The notes beneath the pieces are model-generated. The model searched no databases. It was not told where the DNA came from and saw only the letters and a list, made by a program, of their open reading frames with translations. The translations under genes and the position numbers were made by a program. DNA of 63,998 nt, counting the filler, from Ionaspis alba (taxonomy: Eukaryota): NCBI GenBank assembly GCA_964255285.1. It is 3 parts of 3 records of this genome, joined end to end, with 100 filler letters (N's around TTAATTAATTAA, not from the genome) between each part and the next. Parts side by side here need not be neighbours in the genome. Positions count along the whole stretch, not along the records: positions 1 to 23,276 come from CAXUUL010000188.1; 2 more parts are not named here. The stretch is one strand, 5' to 3'. Shown here one piece after another: positions 1-11,152 of this stretch. Within the stretch, counting starts at the first letter, position 1. Each line of letters starts with the position of its first letter.

Positions 1-207
1 TCACCACGCTAAGGACGTTTGTCGAGGAGCTGAAGAAAGATATCCAACCGTTGAACGATGGACCGCCAGCGTTGGGAGAGATTCTGACGTGTACGGCGGT
101 GAACGAAAGATGGAAAAAGTTGTCCACGGAGAAGAGCGGGAAGTTGGGGATCAATGCTGTGAGGTGGGCGATTCTTGTTGCGACGGGTCTGGATAAGAGC
201 AAGGCCT

Positions 208-1492
208 TTATGCCTTGATGAGGCGCCTTAGAGCCGTTGTTGCCCTGGTATCTCTTATGTTTTCGTACTCTACGTGAGACCGCTTTGGTTGCGATGTCTC
301 TTCTTCGTCGTCCCTCTTCCTCTTTGTGCTCTGGTGCCCTTGGGTTACCTCGATCGTTGCGGTGAATTGGACAGGACGATCCTTCTCTGCGAACTGGTAC
401 CAGTATCGAGGGCACGCCTTGTCGCAGTAACTAAGATGCCTGGCGCAGCCGATCCGGACGTACTCGATCGTGTCATCTGGCTCGGTGATGGGGTCCTCGT
501 CCCCATCCTCATCGTCATCTTCCTCGTCGTCCTTGTCCTCATCAGCCCCATCTTCTCCCTTGCCTTGCGAATCCTGCTCGTCTACAGCGTCGTCCTCATC
601 CTCGTCGGACGCCTCCAGGTCTCTTTCCCACGGCCTTGGCTTGTAATTGGGGCACTTCGGAGCACAATAGCTCAGGCACTTGGCACATCCAATTTTCTCC
701 GGGGTCTGACGTATTGGTGGTGGCGTAGCCTCCTCTTGCGCCCTTTCAACCTGTTCCGCCGCTTCGAGGAGCATCTGGATCGCCTCTCCGCCAGCCGAGC
801 CTCTTTCGGTGAGCGGAGAGACCGAAGGTGGAGACGGAGTGACACGAGCGGAAGCGGGACTGGCGTGTGGTGGCGGCAGGAACACGTCCATCTCGATCGC
901 TGCGTTGGGATTGGCGATCGGCGCGGTGGTGAAGCCTGATGAGAGGATCAATATGTGGTTGAAAGTCATATATACATGCTCCGATAACTGGGGACATGGC
1001 CTCGTGGAATGCAGATGTGCTACGAAGAGCACCATGACTATTGAAAGGAAGAGAAAAGGAAGTCTCGGAGGCCATGCGAAAGAAGAGTGCTAGAGCACAC
1101 AAAAGCGATAACGTGATGCCTCGACACCGAAGCTCTCAACACGGTAGAAGAATCTCGAAGAATTCAAAACAGCCATCTGAAGAAACGGAAAGCACGCCCA
1201 ACTCATGAAAAGAAGCTTGCAATTGCGCCAAGGATAACTTACCACTATTCAACAACCCCATCCTCGGCGCAAACAACGCACTCCGATGGATGCTCCCCAG
1301 TCCGACATTGTGCATCGGTGGCGGCACGTCGTACGGGATCAGCGGGAAGAGCTGGCGGAAGGGAGGTAGCGAGCAATGTCCGACCGGCGGACGAAATGCT
1401 GCTATGGGGGCAAGAGTGAGGGAAGGGTCTGGGAAAGGGGGAAGGCGGATGATGGGGCGGGAGGAAGAGATCTGGGAAGTGGAGAGAGACAT
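208..1492 (-). CDS. Hypothetical protein with an acidic tract and two copies of a Cys-rich IGC-x2-[CH]-LSYC-x3-CP motif
   Basis: Proposed exon 1492-1243 (MSLSTSQ...LLNSG) ends at a GTAAGT donor at 1242 and joins in phase to an acceptor CAG (936-938), giving NS-G-FTTAPIA in the 208..1035 ORF. A C-terminal KRKR could be an NLS. A pyrimidine-rich leader lies upstream on the minus strand. Confidence 0.55.
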
Positions 1493-1561
1493 GGTGCAAT
1501 GGAAGAGCTGTGCTGTTGGGAAGGTGATGAGTGCGATGTGGATGTGGATGCTGTGGGTGTG

Positions 1562-1661
1562 NNNNNNNNNNNNNNNNNNNNNNNNNNNNNNNNNNNNNNN
1601 NNNNNNNNNNNNNNNNNNNNNNNNNNNNNNNNNNNNNNNNNNNNNNNNNNNNNNNNNNNNN
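1562..1661. other. Scaffold gap (100 N) flanked by the same ~45-nt sequence on both sides
   Basis: TGGGAAGGTGATGAGTGCGATGTGGATGTGGATGCTGTGGGTGTG occurs immediately before and after the Ns, typical of an unmerged contig overlap. Confidence 0.9.
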
Positions 1662-2568
1662 TGGGAAGGTGATGAGTGCGATGTGGATGTGGATGCTGTG
1701 GGTGTGGTGATGAGGAAGAGGGGAGAAAGGTTGGAGGAGAAGGATGGAAGATGGAATTTATGGCGAAGGTGCTGGAGATGGGGAAATGGGTTCAATGGGA
1801 GTGGTGTTGATCAATAGGGACGGTGGTGTTCAATAGGAACTGGTATTGAACCTATTGAAGGATGCGTGGAGCGAACAATAGGGAGCTTGGGTGAATGGAG
1901 AGAGCATTTATTGTCGTCTGGGAGCGTCAATAGGATTTCCATTTGGACTGGAAGATGAGTAGACATAATGATATTCGGAACCATGGTTCGATGCAGTGAG
2001 AACCACAAGTCGAGTATCTTCCACCATTCTGGGCAGAGCTGTAGAAGACTCTCATTGCAGCGAGAAATCACGAAACAAAAGAACCAGAGGGTGCATCCAG
2101 TCAATACCGTATTGTTTGCTTGCTAGACTGACGACTCCCATTGTCGACGATGAATGCGCAGTGTCATGTAGTTGCGTCACCTTCAATAGCGTGTCATATA
2201 TAATATGTTTGCTCGAAGGTTTTCATCAGCTATGCTGCAAGGATTTAGCCACGATCTATGTAAAGCAAAGAGATGGAGCTGCCCTCGAAGCATCGAGCGA
2301 GTGCGATACAAAGCTGACAGGAACAAGATACAGAAATAAATTCAAAGCTAACTGCAACAACTCGCTTGCGTCGAGTGATACCTAGTCTATGCTGGAATGC
2401 TCGCCAACCGCTCCCAAGAAATACAATATGCACACATTACTCGTGAGTATCGCACCGTAAATACTATCCTGACGAAGCGTTTGGAAAGCAACAGGATATC
2501 TCAAGAGCTGGGACAGAAGAATACTAATGTTCGGTTGACCTCTTCGTACGAGGTTCAAACTGACGTGA

Positions 2569-5500
2569 TCACTCATCTGGGGCCACATCGAGATCAGCAG
2601 CATTATCGCCATGCGCATCATTGATCTCGACGCCATCAACGTTGACCACTATTCGTTTACCACGCCTGCTCTCTGGAACCCCATCCCTAGAAGCGCCGAA
2701 TTCGAGAACCTGAATAAACGGTAAGCTCTGTATCACATCATCAGAATAGCGGACTGACCTCTATGTATGTTAGACTGTCTCGCTGCACGGCAGCGACACA
2801 TCTCCGCTCATCGAACTTGACCTGCCAGACTCCGTTGAGATCTGTCAACAAGTCTCTCATATATTCGCCCGTCTTGATGTTCCACATCTTGAGCGTCCGA
2901 TCAGAGCCAGAGATTACTTTCCGTCCATCATGCTGGAAACAAGTGATTGCGCCAGTATGGGCACTCAGTGTACTCTTGCACTGACCGTTCTCGGGATCCC
3001 AGACACGCAACGTCGAATCAGCAGCAGCTGACACAAGACGATCTCGCTGCAGATCCAAAAGGCCGACCAAGGACGAATGACCTTCAAGGTTATATAAGAC
3101 CGTCCCAGTGTCCAACGACCATACTTTGACCAGATTGTCCATCGATCCACTGATGCATCGGTTACGTTCATGGTCGAGAACCACGCTGTACACTTTCTGC
3201 GAATGTCCTGTCAAACGATGCATAGTCTCGCCAGTGGAGACCTTCCACACTCGAACGCTGCAATCATAGCTACCGCTGACGAGGGTATCGGCGTGTGCTG
3301 CGATCGCGCGGACGGAGTGCTGATGACCCGTCAGAGCACGCACAAAATACGGACAATCTGTGTCGTCTTGTGTTGGCCCTGTCGGTAAGTAATTTGGGTC
3401 GTCTTTCATAGGCAGCTTCCATATCCTAAGGTTTGAGTCTCGCGACCCTGTGATGATCAAAGGTTCTTTGGGCATCATAATTGCCCTGCCATCGGGCATG
3501 GTCCCAACCACCGTGGGCATCAGAATCACTAAGCATCGGACCGTCGAAGTGTGGCCTTGGAAAACGTGCGTACATACACCACGTTTGATATCCCAGACTC
3601 GCACAGATCGATCTGTCGATCCAGAGACTAGCGTGTTTCCTTCGTATTGGAGTGCCCATACGCCACCTTCATGTCCTTCGAGTCTTGCTCGAAGCGCTCC
3701 TGTCTGTGTGTCATATACATTAATATTTGTGTCGTCACTACCGGTAAGAATCTTGTCTGTGTCGAATTGAAGGCATGTCACTACATGACGCTGATGTGCT
3801 TTGAACGCAAGGTGCCTTGGTTTGATTTCATCCTGCATCCAATTGGAGCTGATAAGATAATGCCTTCGGAAAATGGACTTGTAGAGGTTCAGACTTCGTA
3901 AGCTCGGAAGACCAATCTTTGTGGTTGGCACAGCGAGAGCCGCTGCTTGTGCTGCAGCATAAGGACCATGAGAGGCAGAGACGTGCCTTAACAGAGCCTC
4001 GCCATCGAATCGAGCTGATCCAGATGTACCAGTGTCCTTTCTTTTCTGTTGTTTTCTACTGGAAGGTTTCGACTTCGAGGCTGCTTTCCTCTTTGATCGT
4101 TTGATCTGCGGACATACCGTTTGCTGTTCCGAGATTGAAGCCCCGACACCGTCATCGTCCGTCAGCCGAGCCATCAGCAGGTCTCGATCCCCGATAATTT
4201 CCGGATCACCTAGATCTTTCTCCCAATCATCCGCTCCTGAGCCGTGCTGCCATCCCCAACCCTGAAGTATCGCGCGCTGCATTTCTTCAGCAGGTAATGT
4301 AAACCCTTCTGCGTCAAAAAGGGCTTTCCAGGTCTTCTCATCTGAATCGATGACCTGACGCCATTTTTTAGACACTTGTGCAGCTCGACATAAGCTTCTG
4401 GCGTCGAGATGCCCTATGATTGTTTGGCAAAGCTCAAGGGGAAGAAGATTAAGAAAGTCGCACTTGAGTGCAGGATTAACTACGTCTGCAACAAGCTGCA
4501 GAAGAGGTTTTGGGCACCGGCGCAATAGCTGATACATTACATAGGATTTCATCTCGTCAGGCATGGCTTGGAAAGAATCCAGCATCGTCGGAATCTCCAT
4601 CATGGAGTATGTTTGCGTTGGCGACTGAGGAAAGCCTGTCATTGGAGATGTTTGAGACTTCATCTTCGATGGCACATCGTCCCAGAAACCTGAGCCGGAT
4701 AGATCCCGGAGTCCTATGTCATCCTCGCCCGAGTTCTCTTGGGGAGGTGAGCTGAGGGCAGGTCGTCCGACGTCTGGTTGCCTAATCGAATCTTCAAAAT
4801 ATCCCCTTCGACTTTGGAGATTAGCTGCAGCTGTCACAGGCGACAGACTTGGGCTTGGTAAACTAGCATCCTGAGCAGCCATTGTGTCGAGAACAGAAGG
4901 ACGTGGACGACGGAGCGCGCTCAGTGACCCAGATACGGGCCGCCGGTTCTGCAAGCAAGAGGGTACAGCACTGCCTTGTATATCATCCTCCAAACCGGGT
5001 TCTCCGGCTTGCATAGAGGCTATGCTCTCTGAGGCTCCGAGTATGGAATAACTGTCGTCCGTGCTGAATGAGTCGTCTCTACGTCCCTCTGGACGAGGGC
5101 TCAATATCTGAGGTACCTCTTTGGTATGTAGTCCAGGTGTAGTTATTGGTAGTTGACTTGCATCACGTTCTGACATTTGCAAGAAATGGAGGTGCTGGTT
5201 GTTGTCTCCAGAATCTGCGGCATCTGCATCGAGAGAAGGAGTGATGGGAGTGGAAGTCTGGCAGATCTGTAATCTTGAGATATTATTTTGTCTAGCAGCG
5301 TCCGAACCATTTGTGGCCCTATCCGGAGTACCCGCAAGTTTGCGTCGGGTAAAGCTCGAGCTTGGTGCACCAGCCAATTTAACAGCCTCCGAGATAGACA
5401 CCGGAGATTTTGCCTGCCTCCTAGAGCTCGTCATGGTACTTGATAGCCCGCTTTGAATGATACGACTTGGTGTCGCAGCTCGAGAATGTCTGGATCTCGA

Positions 5501-6092
5501 TGTCCTGCTATTGCCTCCGAATTTGGCCACAGTACGTAAGATGCCATTCGACTTTTGTAGATCTTGTTGTTGTCGCTGAAGCTAGGTACCGTTCTCATTA
5601 GCTTCACAGACTGGAAACGATGCGTGCTATTGATCTGCAACTCACTATCTGCAAAGTGTCCTCTGTGTCTTCAGCCTCACAAAACATCGCCGGTCTACCC
5701 CCAACGTCGAAACAGAACCTCTTCAACGACTGTGGTGTTGGCGAAGCCGCTAAAGGATATAATTTTGCATCCATTTCGTGCAGGTGAGTTGGAGCTTTCA
5801 GAAAGAGCGGTGGAAAGCTGGTGGTAGTGGTTGTCGTAGTCGTTACAACGGTAGTCTGAGTTGCCGGAGCAAAGGAAAATTGACCAAGCATATCACTAGG
5901 GTTTGCCATATTCCTAGGGCCCCTCGGGACGGGCTCAGGTATAGTCTTGCTCTGGTACGTATCGCTGTTCGAGGCAGTATGGTGGTTATGATCATGCGAA
6001 GGTAAAGAGGTAAAAGACGTCTGATGGTGAGAGTCCATATTGGAGCTGACATCTACCGTATCAACAAAAGACTCGAAGGAGGAATCCATCAT
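2569..6092 (-). CDS. CDC4: SCF F-box/WD40 substrate receptor Cdc4 (Fbw7-like)
   Basis: D-domain and F-box (LKCDFLNLLPLELCQTIIGHLDARSLCRAAQVSKKW) followed by WD40 repeats (GHEGGVWAL, GHTSTVRCL, SGSYDCSVRVW). Exons 6092-5646, 5581-2759 and 2709-2569 have GT-AG introns in phase. The start codon is tentative. Confidence 0.95.
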
Positions 6093-7541
6093 TTAGTCGT
6101 AGTAGTTGAGGACGTGACGAACACGAAGCTGACACGAATATCGGCGCGTCCGAGGAAACGATCTGCCAACGTACGGGTAGAGAAGAAACCTTTGCAAATG
6201 GAACTGTTGTCACAGAAGTGTTGACCCTCTCGATGTAGATGCGGAAGAAATATGGAAGGCCACAATGATGTTGGCGGATATGCGTCGGATCAAAGTCTTC
6301 GGGACGTCGGCCGCCTCGGACGCTTGTAGTCGAGGTTCAACGATAGCTCTTAGGCAATTCCATGTTCTTCGAAGCACCAGGCGAACACATGAAGTAACTA
6401 ACAAGATCAGAATATCAGACGCGGTTGACTTCCTAGTGATCTGATGTTTGAATAGACGGATGGTGAGGGGTGGCAGAGGGCAAGGTTCAGTGAGAGTACA
6501 AGAACGCTAGATCTCAGCCTTGCCGTGCCGAAAACTCTCTCCTTCCAAGCGCCGGTTGCGCCACTGTCCGGCTGCCTCCATCAGTGTCAGATCAGCATGC
6601 CTAGATTGCCTGAGGGTTTGCCTTGAGAAGACATCGCCAAGGCAAAGTACTTCTAAACACCGTGGCACCGTACTGATTGGCCTCTATACAAACATTGTAT
6701 AGCTTCCCAGAGACAGCCTATCATGACAATGATCCCAATTTATCAACTCAGAACACCACAGCTCGCTCGGCAGGTATTTGCCCCGAGTACTCCATATGCA
6801 AATGATAGAAATTACGGAACTTCTGCAATTACTATTCAGGTTTGCGTGGAAAAGCCGACGGAAATAATCTACCTACTCCAATGGTGTAAAATTCTTGATG
6901 ATGTTACCTATGTGACAGTGCATATCTGGGGAGCAATCCCGTCGCCATCCAAGTTCAACGAATTTGTTGGATGAGAGCCAAATCCTCGTGAAGCTAGCAG
7001 TTATTCTGAGAAGACTCGTCAGATGATGGTTTGGTTCATGAACTGATACCCTACTTGCATCCTGTTGATTCACAGTTCCTTGAACCTCTCGAGGTTTTCA
7101 AAACAATTAGGCGAGACAGATTCCACTTAGGGTTTCCAACCTTTCGCTCCCACATTGATAAAGCGGCACATACCTGCGGTTGCTATTATTCGGAAACCGG
7201 CTATACAGCTTGTCGACAGTTGATGTTGAGAAGAGGACTCGCTTCCGTCTGATCACTTAGGATAGAGCAGTTTTATCGGAGAATGCGACCTACTTTGAGC
7301 ATACATACAATGTTACATAGTCTATGTAAGGAGTGCCTGCTTAGTCACGCATCCGCAGAGCGCATTGTCCGTCTCGTTTCTTCCTCCCACCTTCATCTGA
7401 CCTTCATTATTCATAATATTTCCATGTCCTTATGTTCTCTTAGTAGTCTCTATTCGTCATCCATAAAACCTTCCTCTGCATCTCTTCAAAGTTCCCTTAA
7501 CTTTGGTTGCCAACCTGACCAGCCTCCAGCTTACCCTAAAG

Positions 7542-10105
7542 ATGGCACCTCCATCCACCCGACCCCTGATCACACCAAACATTCAGAGTCGTGAAGCAGA
7601 TGTTAGCAAGTGTGCTTTACAGGTTGCAGTTCCATCGGTGGCTCGACTGAAGCCTCCAAGGGACAACGTGATCACGCACGATCAAAGCCTCGAGTTGGTC
7701 AAAGTCTTTCTCCTCGTATCTGTGTGTCAGGAATCAGATCTGTAGAAAGTCTTGATGAAACTGACTCGGTTTTTGCAGTTCAGCTCTGTTTGTTGGTTGA
7801 GGTATGCTTGCTTAGACGGGGTATACCACCGGTTGATGCTCATCCTCCAAGGCGCTTAGCACCCGAGGCGAGCTTCGTTCTCCGGAACTTTGGTGCTATC
7901 ATGAGAGAAGGATCATGGAAATACGAAGACGTCATTGGAGGATCGACACAAGCTGTCATGCCAATAGACGGCCAAGCACGGAGAGAACCACGTGGGGAAC
8001 TGAACCTCCAAGTCCTTTCACTGGAGAGGTCTCACGCGGCACACAAGATATTCTCATGGCTTGTAATATTTGAACAAAACCATGACTTACGTTCATTTGC
8101 TGATGTGGCAACAACTCTTAGGACGGAATTTTTGAAGCGTTGGCAAAGAAAGTTCTCGATGCTGTCCAGCTCAGTGTTATACTGGATAAGAAGAACCCAA
8201 ACAATGTGGTTGAAACTTACACGTTCAGGTTCAAGTACTCTGATGAGCCCCTAAGTGACGAAAGACGCATCGAAGGTCTGGTGATATCAGGCCCGCAGGG
8301 TGAGCCTATCACAGTTCGGAGAGCATGGTTTGGATGCGACCAGATCATCAGGTCCTTCGTGCACCTCGTCCGGTCCCTCCATGACTTGCCCGGTGAGCAC
8401 CGATGCTTAGAAGCACCGCGATCAGGAACTCATGCCAGTTTAGAGCAACGTTACTTAACTGTTCATCTCTTTCACAACGACAACAGCACCATGCACTACA
8501 ATCCTCCTGGGTTCCGCTCGATTTGGGATGTCACAATTCGAATGCCAGACAGCGACCTTTGGAAGATGACCGAGAGCAGAATAGGGCCTAAGAGCCTCGG
8601 ATGGCATCGGTAAGATAGCAGGTCTGAACGAGTTGAAAAAACAGACACTTTGCTGAGCCGAGACAGTGTTAGCATCGACGTGGCATACCTTGAGGCAGTG
8701 GACGAGGAAGATAATTCAATAACGAAACCACCCATTCCATCGCTTTTGGAATACCCAAGGGCCATGCCTCGCGACAATCCAGTCGAGTCGAGGAGCAGAG
8801 TTGACAAAGAGAGCTTCGTCCTAGAGTCCAGTCACCAAGAAGATGCAACGCCCACCAACTCTGGGCCTTCTATGTACTCGGGCGTTAGGACATTGGAAAT
8901 TCAAGGTGCTGGTGAGCATGGAGCTAGGAATACACAAAATTTGATGCGACAGCAAGTGGCAAACATGGTGACCTGCAATGAAGCTTCTCTAACCACTCCT
9001 CCACTAATATGCTTTAATTGTAGTCAAAGTCGCCGTTGAGACTTAACGGTGAGGATCCTACACAACGGCTGGATGAGACGCCCACACCAAACGGTAGATC
9101 GGTGAACTATGAGCTCAGTAACGCAAAAGCTACGGAGATTGCAAACAAGAAGCTTAGGTTGACGATTCATAACGGCGGGTCTTCAGGTCCGACGATGTCG
9201 CCTATGATCCGATGCGAGTGTTCCTATGGCGGGGAGGAGGGCATGATGGTAAGCACCTTATCATTTCATGGACTCTTGTTTCTCACAAATGAATGTGTCC
9301 AGGTTAAATGCAACTGCTGCGGTGCATTGCAGCACCAGCACTGCTACGCTCTGGAGCTTATAGGAATCGGAGCTGAGCACGTCTGTTATGCGTGCTTGAT
9401 GACGGACGAGGAAAGTGAGCTCTTGGGAAAGATGACCCAAGTGACAGAGCTGAGACGAGCATTCTGGCTCATAAATACTGGACCATACCCGGCTTCGAGT
9501 GCAACTTTTGCGGACAAACTCGGTGAGCTTATGCGCTGGAGGTATCAATGAAAAGAAAGGCTAATTGATAAAGGTTGCACGGTCAAGAACGTCTCGAGTA
9601 TAGAAAGCAAGCTCAAAAAGGAAGGATTGGTCGCAGACGCACCTGCCAAATCCAAGAAGCGTTCGGACAAGTCGAAGCATCCCAAAGTGGTCGTTCATGA
9701 AGGTATCACTGCCAGTCAAGCCAGACCAGATGGACTACTTAATCCATTGGCGTTCATTGGCCATCATGTAAGTCGTTCTACCCTGAGTAGCAACTCGGAC
9801 GCGAGACTGACTGCTGGACGTCGCGGAAGTACATCGAAAGTTCCTCTCCCAGCTCTGTCAATCATGCACGATTTGTTGGCACACCTTTCACACCACAATA
9901 CGACAACCCAAGCTATCGCAGTGAAGCAGGAACGACGGACTACCAGACAGATGAGCTTCGCTCACTTGGGCCAAAGTTCACCAACACACCAAATTTCCAG
10001 AGAAACAAACGATACTTGGAGAGGGACCATCGGGCACCTCGAAAACGCTTGATGAGTAGGACCATCAACTCCCCCCACGATGCGAGGTCGGATTGGGAGC
10101 ACTGA
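7542..10105 (+). CDS. HOP1: Meiotic axis HORMA-domain protein Hop1 with PHD finger
   Basis: Multi-exon. HORMA motifs ITHDQSLELVK, DGIFEALAKKVLDAVQLSV...NVVETYTFRFKY and RYLTVHLFHND...YNPPGF. PHD CECSY...CNCCGALQHQHCY...HVCYAC followed by a helical region. Basic C-terminal tail. The exact last exon is inferred. Confidence 0.85.
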
Positions 10106-11152
10106 TTGAAAATACCTCCTAAATGAGTCGCCGTTGAGATTGGGGCCTGCAGGATCAGTGGTGGTTGGTCGCGAGTATGCTTTTGGCTGTTGCAGCGAAT
10201 TGGCACTACTACCTCTATAGATCCGAAAGCTTGAAGAGACCCTCGTGCTATAATTATCCTGTTGCTATTACTTTTCTCCGTTCTGCCCCTTCGAAGAAAA
10301 TGTGGCTTTTTTATTTCTGTGGCTGTTTGCTATGGTCACAAATAGTGTAGTTAGTAGCTCATCAAATTGAGTTTTTTTGGCCCAAGGTTCCTGAAATTGA
10401 CTCCAGTGAATTCTAAAGGACTCCAACCCTTTTCAGTTGGCTGCTTTGACAGGAAGTGTGAACATTCATCCAATACGTCTCCGCATGCATTCTCCTGGAT
10501 ATCGTCAAGCCTCGCAGGCCAAGCATGCATCATGCAAGCTGGTCATGACATACAGGATCTCGGAGGATGCTTTGAAAGGGTTCCAAGATCGATCATGATT
10601 GGGTCGAAAGAAGCCCGAGGGGGTAATCGCATCTCACAAAAGTCGCACCATCTGAGACCAGTGGTGGACCTTGTCCCGGAGTGGCCAATAGCGCTGCAGC
10701 TCGCGGCTGTATCTGGAAACTATGGCGCCGAGCTACTCCCGAAGTCGTAAAACTCAGGGGATCGTCGTGGCTGGTCTGTGCTTTGCCAAGCCCTTTTCGC
10801 AGCTCTAGTGACATCGTTTCGAAGGTGCTCATGGTCAGTAAAGAAGGGGATACCGAAACAGTTTCATCCTGTCGTTGTTTATCCCATCCTTATTCCCGTT
10901 CAGAGAAGCAAAGGCATTGTTCACTTTTACGAGCCCTTCCAATGCCATTGACCTGACAGCACATTGGGCGATATCAAGAGCATCAATGCTTCTTTCCCCC
11001 AGCTCAAGATTTGTGCGGGACTGGTGGGTAGCGGTATGATCTAAGGAGGGCACGGCCAGAAAAGTCATCCACAAGCACAATCCAGGTTTTAAGAGCGTAG
11101 CTCTCACTCTCTTTTGGCGACGTTAGTCAAACGATACTAATGAGCGCGAACA

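Noticed and set aside
274..939. 221-aa hydrophobic plus-strand ORF
   Set aside because: Antisense shadow of the acidic GAY/GAR-rich minus-strand gene.
1517..1706. Direct repeat of ~45 nt around Ns (possible LTR, target-site duplication or tandem repeat)
   Set aside because: The copies abut the N-gap exactly, which fits an unmerged assembly overlap better than a real repeat.
7283..7594. 103-aa ORF overlapping the HOP1 start
   Set aside because: Low-complexity Ser/Leu translation of a pyrimidine-rich promoter or leader; no coding evidence.
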